Assembly: GCA_040905425.1 (NCBI GenBank)
Contig: JBBDRO010000096.1
Location: 3,414-18,391 of the forward strand
Reading direction: 5' to 3'
Length of the DNA: 14,978 nucleotides
Origin: Gemmatimonadota bacterium
GTDB lineage: Bacteria > Gemmatimonadota > Gemmatimonadetes > Longimicrobiales > RSA9
The notes under the pieces were generated by a model that was given only the letters and a program-made list of their open reading frames with translations, did no database searches and was not told the DNA's origin. How positions within the stretch are numbered: position 1 is the stretch's first letter; each line of letters opens with the position of its first letter. A program made the position numbers and the translations under genes. Shown here one piece after another: positions 9,348-14,978 of the stretch.

Positions 9348-11132
9348 TCAGACCGTTTCCTCGACCTCTCGTCCCGCGTACGGGATCAGCAGATCGAACT
9401 TCCGCATGTCCCACGCGGCCGTCGGGCACCGCTCGGCGCACAGCCCACAATGAACGCACAGGTCCTCGTCCTTGACCATGATCCTTGCCGTGTGCGGGAG
9501 CGGCTCCGACGCGTAGAGGGGCTGATCCAGGTTCGCGGCCGGCGCCTCGAGCCGGGTTCGGAGCTCGGCCTCGTCGCCGTCCCAGGTGATGGTCAGGCAG
9601 TCCACCGGGCAGACGTCGATACACGCGTCGCACTCGATGCACAGCGGCGCCGTGAAGTGGGTCTGGATGTCACAGTTCAGGCACCGCTCCACTTCCCGGA
9701 GCGTGCCTGCCACATCGAACCCGAGTTCCGCCTCGACGTCCAGGCTCGACAGCCGCTTCTCGAGCTCGGCGAACCGCATGGGCGTGCGGTCGGCAAGGTC
9801 ATAATAGTTCGAGTAGCTCCACTCGTGGAGCCCCATCTTCTGCGTGACCAGGTTCATGCCGTATTCCGGCCGGTCGTGCAGGTCGCGGCCCTGGCAGTGG
9901 AGGTGCATCGAGATGGCCGCCTGATGCCCGTGCTCGACCGCCCAGATGATGTTCTCCGGACCCCACGCCGCGTCCCCACCCGCGAAGACCTCCGGCCGCG
10001 TGGTCTGGTGCGTTGTCCGGTCCACCACCGGCTGGCCCCACTCGTCGAACTCGATCCCAACGTCCTGCTCGATCCATGGGAAGGCCGTATCCTGCCCGAT
10101 GGCCAGGATGACCGCGTCGCAGGGGATCACCACGTCCCGCTCATGCTCCTGGTGGAGCCGGCCCGTATCGTCCTCCCACGTCCGCAGCACCTCGAACTCC
10201 ATCCCCACCAGCCGTCCGTCCTCCACCACGTACCGCTTCGGCGAGTGATTCTCCACGACCTCCACGCCTTCCGCCTCCGCGTCCTCCAGCTCCCACGGGC
10301 TGGCCTTGAAGTAGCCCCGGGGCTTGCGCGCCATCACCTTCACGTCCTCCCCGCCCAGCCGCTGCGCCGACCGGCAGCAGTCCATGGCCGTGTTCCCCAC
10401 CCCGATCACCAGCACCCTCGGCGCGACGGACGTCACGTGGCCGAACGCCACCGACGCCAGCCAGTCGATCCCGATATGGACATCCTCCGAGTCCCAGCGT
10501 CCCGGCAGGTCCAGCTCCTTGCCGCGGGGCGCTCCGGACCCGATGAAGACGGCGTCGTACCCCTCCGCCAGGAGCGCCTCCATGCTGTCGACCGTCGTGT
10601 TCAGCCGCAGGTCCACCCCCATGTCCAGGATGTAGTCGATCTCTTCCTGGAGCACCGCCGGCGGGAGGCGGAACTTGGGGATGTTGTTCCACATCAGCCC
10701 ACCCGCCTTCTCCGTCTTCTCGTAGATCGTCACCTCGTAGCCCAGCGGGAGCAGGTCGTTCGCCACGGTCAGCGACGCCGGCCCCGCGCCCACGCACGCG
10801 ATCCGCTTCCCGTTCTTCACCTCCGGCGCCCTCGGCAGCAGCTCCCGCACGTCGTCCCGGAGGTCCGCGGCCACGCGCTTCAGACGGCAGATGGCAACCG
10901 GCTCCTCGTCGACCCTGCCGCGGCGGCACGCCGGCTCGCACGGCCGGTCGCACGTCCGGCCCAGCACGGCCGGGAACACGTTCGATTCCCGGTTCAGCAT
11001 GTACGCGTCCGTGAACCGGCCCTGGGCGATGAGCCGGATATAGCCAGGCACGTCCGTGTGGGCCGGGCACGCCCACTGGCAGTCGACCACGCGGTGATAG
11101 TACTGCGGATTCCCTACGTTAGTGGGCTCCAT
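9348..11132 (-). CDS. GltD/NfnB-like FAD-dependent NAD(P) oxidoreductase with N-terminal Fe-S domain and C-terminal 2x[4Fe-4S] ferredoxin domain
   Basis: N-terminal CQWACPAH and GRTCDRPCEPAC; GAGPAS and IGVGNTAMDC dinucleotide-binding motifs; FAGGD; C-terminal RCLNC, CIECDACIDVCP and CVHCGLCAERCP. I prefer the start MEPTNVGNP at ATG 11132 (4 nt after the upstream stop) to the track's 11180, which would overlap the upstream gene. Confidence 0.92.
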   Translation of the reverse strand: MEPTNVGNPQYYHRVVDCQWACPAHTDVPGYIRLIAQGRFTDAYMLNRESNVFPAVLGRTCDRPCEPACRRGRVDEEPVAICRLKRVAADLRDDVRELLPRAPEVKNGKRIACVGAGPASLTVANDLLPLGYEVTIYEKTEKAGGLMWNNIPKFRLPPAVLQEEIDYILDMGVDLRLNTTVDSMEALLAEGYDAVFIGSGAPRGKELDLPGRWDSEDVHIGIDWLASVAFGHVTSVAPRVLVIGVGNTAMDCCRSAQRLGGEDVKVMARKPRGYFKASPWELEDAEAEGVEVVENHSPKRYVVEDGRLVGMEFEVLRTWEDDTGRLHQEHERDVVIPCDAVILAIGQDTAFPWIEQDVGIEFDEWGQPVVDRTTHQTTRPEVFAGGDAAWGPENIIWAVEHGHQAAISMHLHCQGRDLHDRPEYGMNLVTQKMGLHEWSYSNYYDLADRTPMRFAELEKRLSSLDVEAELGFDVAGTLREVERCLNCDIQTHFTAPLCIECDACIDVCPVDCLTITWDGDEAELRTRLEAPAANLDQPLYASEPLPHTARIMVKDEDLCVHCGLCAERCPTAAWDMRKFDLLIPYAGREVEETV

Positions 11133-11136
11133 CGCT

Positions 11137-11403
11137 TCAGCCGGTTGGAGGGAAAAGGCGTTCCGCGGGATCCGGGTCACCCAGGGCGGTGGGCGGCGAG
11201 GGTGATGCCTCCGCCCACGCGGCGTGGGCTTCCTCGGCGGCGTCCAGCGGGCAGCACCAGCCCGTGCAGCGGGTGGGGTAGTCGAGGCAGCGGAGCGCGG
11301 CCGGATGGGACGTCTTCAACCGCTTCCGTACCGGCACGCCCTTCCTCAGGACCACGGGCACGTTCCGGTCGACGGCGGAACAGTACGCTCTGCGCACGTC
11401 CAC
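11137..11403 (-). CDS. Small Cys-rich hypothetical protein (88 aa), first gene of the oxidoreductase operon
   Basis: GGAGG lies 5 nt before GTG 11403, giving MDVRRAYCSAVDRNVPVV...RCLDYPTRCTGWCCPL. Its TGA ends 4 nt before the oxidoreductase ATG. Confidence 0.7.
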   Translation of the reverse strand: MDVRRAYCSAVDRNVPVVLRKGVPVRKRLKTSHPAALRCLDYPTRCTGWCCPLDAAEEAHAAWAEASPSPPTALGDPDPAERLFPPTG

Positions 11404-11511
11404 GGTCACCTCCGGGAGGGGAGGGGATGATCGGCGCTCGGAGCGCCGCGTATGAACGGTATATGCAGGAAAGCGGGCGGGCCGCTTCTGATCCCGGAAC
11501 GGTCGTCCACG

Positions 11512-11522
11512 AATCTAACACA
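11512..11522 (-). promoter_or_regulatory. Possible extended -10 promoter of the oxidoreductase operon
   Basis: Minus strand TGTG-T-TAGATT fits TRTGnTAnnnT. It lies about 110 nt upstream of GTG 11403 in otherwise very GC-rich DNA. Confidence 0.4.
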
Positions 11523-11639
11523 GCCGTGCCCGCGCCGGCCAGCGGAGGCGGCCGGCCCGCTCCCGAGGGGGCGCCTCAGGCGCACTGACCGCTGCCCGCG
11601 GCATGCGCATTATCGGCCAACTGGACCTCCCGGACCCCG

Positions 11640-11695
11640 GGGATAGGAAGTTCAACCCACCTTTGCGTCGCTGAGGCAAGGTAGGTCGGCGGAGC
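11640..11695. repeat. Dispersed intergenic element, copy 2
   Basis: GGGATAGGAAGTTCAACCCACCTTTGCGTCGCTGAGGCAAGGTAGGTCGGCGGAGC is 48/56 identical to copy 3, ungapped. Confidence 0.9.
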
Positions 11696-11801
11696 TTACG
11701 GCCGGCACCAGTCACCCGTGGGGCGACCCACCGTAATGGAGGCGTGCGAACACGTCCACACTTCCGTGGGATATTGAGGACAGGTGCGCCCGGCGAACAC
11801 T

Positions 11802-11823
11802 TCCCGCTCGGCACGAAGCGGGA
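11802..11823 (-). terminator. Terminator-like hairpin
   Basis: TCCCGCT...AGCGGGA inverted repeat immediately after a minus-strand TAG (11826-11824). The U-tract is poor (AGTGTT). Confidence 0.35.
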
Positions 11824-11941
11824 CTACTCCTCCCGGTTCCGGCCGAACTTCCGGATCAGCGTCTGCCTCATGCGCTCCAGCCATGGCGCCCGACTGTCGG
11901 TTCGATGGGTTCCACGGGACGCGTGCCGGACTTCAGCGGCG

Positions 11942-12196
11942 TCACGTCCGCCAGCCGGGGGGGAAAGCGTTCATCGGCAGTCCGCTGCCATGGCGCCAGA
12001 GGGCGTGCATGCCGGCGCTCATGAGCAGCGCCCCGACCAGGGCCAGCGCCGCCCCCCCCGCCATCGACCGGTAGGCGGGAAGACCGATCGCGGGTGCGGT
12101 AGCCCGCGTCCAGGCCCACAGCACCGCCGGGAGCAGGACGGCGAACAGTGCCCCGTACAGGATGCGTCCGCCTACTCCGCTACGCGCGCTTGCCAT
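11942..12196 (-). pseudogene. Truncated N-terminal fragment of a PEMT/isoprenylcysteine carboxyl methyltransferase-family membrane protein
   Basis: Two TM helices followed by ALWRHGSGLPMNAFPP. In this family that motif directly precedes 'xxLVxxGxYxxxxHP/NP', but here the frame stops 4 codons later and no frame continues with the family motif. Confidence 0.65.
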
Positions 12197-12699
12197 TGCA
12201 CCACCTCATGTATGGCCCAACCGGCGGGGGTCGAGACGCCCTCCGCCCCCGGACCCACCACGCGCCCCCAGCGGAGTTCCACGAGGGGCAGGCGCCATGG
12301 CGGCAGCGTCATGACCAGCCGCTCCGCATAGCCCCAGCCGTCCAGATGCAGGGCGCCCACGCGCAGCCGGACGCGCGCAGCCGGCACCAGGCACTCCCAG
12401 TCGACCGCGCCCGTCCTGTCTCGGTAGAGCCGGCGAAGAATCGGGGCGGCCGTGGGAGACCATTGGCCGTCCACACCCAGGCGGTGACACTGCCAGCCGA
12501 GAACGCCATCGGCATCGGCGAGCGGTCCGCTTCCGGGCGACAGGGTGGACCGCTCCACCAGGGGACCCGTTGGCCGGCTCAGCAGCGTGGCACCGTAGCG
12601 CACCCTGAAGGCACGCCAATGCACGCGCGCGGCGTATCCGATGAAGGCGGTGCCGTCATCACTGACCACGTCCAGATACCATTTGACCAAACGAAACAT
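12172..12699 (-). CDS. Hypothetical Trp-rich protein, probably CrtC/AttH/tocopherol-cyclase-like fold, possibly internally deleted
   Basis: MFRLVKWYLDVVSDDGTAFIGY...LDGWGYAERLVMTLPPWRLPLVELRWGR...GWAIHEVVQW (175 aa). The WYxD, GxGYxE and WGR motifs are characteristic of that fold. It overlaps the start of the methyltransferase fragment. The frame is also open upstream through repeat copy 3. Confidence 0.65.
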   Translation of the reverse strand: MFRLVKWYLDVVSDDGTAFIGYAARVHWRAFRVRYGATLLSRPTGPLVERSTLSPGSGPLADADGVLGWQCHRLGVDGQWSPTAAPILRRLYRDRTGAVDWECLVPAARVRLRVGALHLDGWGYAERLVMTLPPWRLPLVELRWGRVVGPGAEGVSTPAGWAIHEVVQWQARVAE

Positions 12700-12785
12700 C
12701 GGGTCTCGCCAGGTGCGGCTGATGCGGTTGATCACGCCGCGTGCCGAGCCGCTCGTGGCTGCTGCGGCGGCGCGGCACCGAGCAA

Positions 12786-12841
12786 GGCATAGGTAGTTCA
12801 ACCCCCCTTTTCGCGGCTGAGGCATGGTAGGTCGGAGGAGC
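12786..12841. repeat. Dispersed intergenic element, copy 3
   Basis: GGCATAGGTAGTTCAACCCCCCTTTTCGCGGCTGAGGCATGGTAGGTCGGAGGAGC, followed by the hairpin GGGTGGCC-AGC-GGCTACCC (12845-12863). Confidence 0.9.
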
Positions 12842-12911
12842 CCCGGGTGGCCAGCGGCTACCCCCGCCGCGAGCTTTCCCGTTCGCCCGCGCATCGATAA
12901 CGTGATCGATC

Positions 12912-13595
12912 ATGACAGAACCCCGCCCATCCGACTTCCTCGATGACCCCCTGGACCCCGTGGCGGTCCGCATTCTCGGCGCCCTGGTGGAGAAGGAGTT
13001 CACCACCCCGGACAACTACCCCCTCTCCCTGAACGCCCTCACCGGCGCGTGCAATCAGGCCACGAACCGTGAGCCGGTGATGAGCCTGGCGGAGGAGGAG
13101 GTGGCCGCCGCCCTCTCCACCCTGGCCCACCGCTCGCTGGTCCGGGAGGTGCACCGCAGCGACGCCCGGGTGAAGCGCTATCGCCATCTGCTGGCGGACA
13201 CCCTGCACCTCCACCCGGCGGAGCTGGCGGCCCTGGGCGTCCTCCTGCTGCGGGGGCCCCAGACGGCGGGAGAGATCAAGGGGCGCACCGGGCGCATGGT
13301 GGAAATTGTGGACGCGTCCCACGTGGAGCTGACGCTGGAGGCGCTGGCCGCCGTGGCCGTACCGCTGGCCGTCCAGCTACCGCGGCAGCCGGGGCAGAAG
13401 GAGGCACGCTGGGCGCACCTTCTCGGCGGGGAGCCGCCCACCGGCGCCGACGGCACAGCGGCGGCGGGGGAGCCGGTCACCGCGCCCCGTCCACCCAGCC
13501 GGGTCGACCTCCTCGAGGAGGAGGTCCGTACGCTGCGCGCAGAGGTCGAGGCGCTGCGCGGCGCATTCCAGGCCTTCCGCGAGGAGTTCCGGTAG
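12912..13595 (+). CDS. yceH: YceH family protein (DUF480/UPF0502)
   Basis: RILGALVEKEFTTPDNYPLSLNALTGACNQATNREPVM, RVKRYRH, LLLRGPQTAGEIKGR, PGQKEARWAHLL and a C-terminal coiled coil are all family hallmarks. Confidence 0.95.
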   Translation: MTEPRPSDFLDDPLDPVAVRILGALVEKEFTTPDNYPLSLNALTGACNQATNREPVMSLAEEEVAAALSTLAHRSLVREVHRSDARVKRYRHLLADTLHLHPAELAALGVLLLRGPQTAGEIKGRTGRMVEIVDASHVELTLEALAAVAVPLAVQLPRQPGQKEARWAHLLGGEPPTGADGTAAAGEPVTAPRPPSRVDLLEEEVRTLRAEVEALRGAFQAFREEFR

Positions 13596-13710
13596 CCCTT
13601 TTCGGTAGCCCCGTAGCGGCGAGGGGGGGGAAGGCGCCATACTGTTTCATCCGGAGCGCCCCCGGCGGCGCCGGACCTCCAGCAGATTCGCAACACCCCA
13701 GTGAGGCAGC

Positions 13711-14775
13711 ATGTCCCGACATTTCCTCCCGGCCGTCATGGCCGCGGCGGCGCTCTGCGCCTGTGAGCCCGTCACCGCCCCCGACTACGACGACGACGGC
13801 GACGGTGGCGGCAACGGCCCCACCACGGGCCAGGTGGCCTTCTGGACGGACGTGGCGGGGCTGGTGCCCATCGACGTGCAGGTGGGCGGTACCACCACGC
13901 GCATCGCCACGGCGCACACCGCCGCGCCCGCATGCGGCGGGTCCGGCACGGCCACCGTGACGCTGAGCGCTGGCAGCCATGCCTACGCCGGCGCCAGCAC
14001 CACCGGCGTGACCTGGAACGGCTCGGTGGACGTGGCCGCCGGCGGGTGTCTGCGCTTCCGCCTGACGGGCAGCGTGCCGCCCGGGTCCACCGACTTCTCC
14101 GCGCCCAGCACCTACTTCGCCGATCCGAGCGGGACGCTCGGCATCGGGTCGAGTTCCACCACGGGCTTCACGCTGACGGCCACCACCACGTTCGTCCTGC
14201 GCTTCGTCTCCGAATACCAGGCGCAGGCAGCCATCATCCCGGCGAACCAGCTCGACGCCTTCCGGAACGGCCAGGGCTTCACCGGCTGGGCCCTCTTCGA
14301 CCGCAACATCGGCACGCAGACGGTGACCCTCGGCCCCGGGCAGTACTACGTGGGAGTGCGCAACGTCACCCAGGCCTCCAACCGGTACCGGGCAGAGCTG
14401 GACTATGACATCCAGCTTGCGCCGGAGAACGGCTACACCTTCAGCTACGTGGATAGCCCCCTCCAGGGCGCGGAGACCGTGGGCGCCAACGGGGGCATGC
14501 TCTGGCACGGCTTCACGATCCAGGAGGGCTACCGCTACCTCCTGGACGGTGCCAGCCTGGGGCTGGAGATGTACATCATCCCGGCCTCCCAGCTGAATGC
14601 CTTCCGGGGCGGCCAGACGTTTCAGTATTACCCCGACTACAGCGGTAGCGACGGCGCCTACCCGGGACTCTGGGAGTTGAAGCTGCCGCCCGGCAGCTAC
14701 TACCTGGCCGTGCACAACCCGGGCAGCATCGGCGGCCCCATCACGTACCTCATGGAGCGCTGGCGCATCAACTAG
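13711..14775 (+). CDS. Lipoprotein with an N-terminal two-Cys beta domain and two tandem PPC/DUF1883-like beta-sandwich repeats
   Basis: GAGG 4 nt before ATG; signal MSRHFLPAVMAAAALCA-C; acidic/Gly linker; internal repeat IIPANQLDAFRNGQGF...TLGPGQYYVGVRN versus IIPASQLNAFRGGQTF...KLPPGSYYLAVHN. Strong GC3 codon bias. Confidence 0.85.
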   Translation: MSRHFLPAVMAAAALCACEPVTAPDYDDDGDGGGNGPTTGQVAFWTDVAGLVPIDVQVGGTTTRIATAHTAAPACGGSGTATVTLSAGSHAYAGASTTGVTWNGSVDVAAGGCLRFRLTGSVPPGSTDFSAPSTYFADPSGTLGIGSSSTTGFTLTATTTFVLRFVSEYQAQAAIIPANQLDAFRNGQGFTGWALFDRNIGTQTVTLGPGQYYVGVRNVTQASNRYRAELDYDIQLAPENGYTFSYVDSPLQGAETVGANGGMLWHGFTIQEGYRYLLDGASLGLEMYIIPASQLNAFRGGQTFQYYPDYSGSDGAYPGLWELKLPPGSYYLAVHNPGSIGGPITYLMERWRIN

Positions 14776-14978
14776 AGCAGGGACCTGCCGCCGGCCGCGC
14801 GGCGCGCGTGGCGCGGCGAGGCGGGCTTGCCGGATGGGAAGCGACGCTGCGCGTTCTTCGTCGCCGTCGCCGGGATGATGCGTAACCGCTGAGCGGGCTA
14901 CGAGTCACCGGCTGCCACCCAATCTGCGCGCACGCATGGTCTGCGGCCCTAGCGTCAGCACGACACCCGTGACGCTGC

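Noticed and set aside
6432..11588. Long plus-strand ORFs (389, 499 and 888 aa)
   Set aside because: Antisense shadows of the high-GC oxidoreductase genes.
11602..11629. CATGCGCATTA resembling the XerC arm of dif
   Set aside because: No XerD arm (TTATGTTAAAT-like) 6 bp away.
11655..11675. GACGCAAAG on the minus strand, as in c-di-GMP-I riboswitches
   Set aside because: Not conserved in copies 1 and 3, and the rest of the aptamer is absent.
11640..12841. Repeat element as CRISPR array or integron attC
   Set aside because: Copies are 1.1-5.3 kb apart and no cas genes are present. GTTCAAC fits RYYYAAC, but there is no matching GTTRRRY at attC distance and the palindrome is too short.
6450..13595. 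15 bp inverted repeat GAGGAGTTCCGGTAG at 6450-6464 and 13581-13595 (korB and yceH both end EEFR-stop)
   Set aside because: Both copies are coding and use preferred codons. There is no flanking duplication or transposase, so coincidence is most likely.
13477..14715. 412 aa minus-strand ORF
   Set aside because: Antisense shadow of the plus-strand lipoprotein, which has the SD, signal peptide and repeat structure.
14780..14978. Several GC-rich hairpins after the lipoprotein gene, and a possible 3' end of a convergent gene
   Set aside because: No U-tract or recognisable RNA family, hairpins are expected at this GC content, and there is too little sequence to call a CDS.

Overview
High-GC bacterial DNA, gene content suggestive of Gemmatimonadota (inference only). 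Reading the minus strand right to left: a four-gene operon encodes a small Cys-rich protein, a GltD-like FAD/NAD(P) oxidoreductase with a fused ferredoxin domain, and 2-oxoacid:ferredoxin oxidoreductase alpha and beta subunits. It is followed by a multi-TM membrane protein and a giant (>1610 aa) surface lipoprotein with Ig-like domains and Asp-box beta-propellers. That lipoprotein gene is missing from the ORF track because it runs off the left edge. The plus strand carries yceH (DUF480) and a lipoprotein with an internal repeat. Between the operon and yceH lies a ~1.1 kb block of apparently decayed genes. The main unexplained signal is a ~52-56 bp ungapped intergenic element present three times in the same orientation (6340, 11640, 12786). 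It has an imperfect palindrome, a conserved -10-like hexamer and an RBS/start-like segment. Two copies bracket the decayed block and the third sits at the boundary between the operon and the accessory-looking genes. It may be an undescribed recombination site, portable expression element or cis-regulatory RNA. No recombinase or transposase is in the window.
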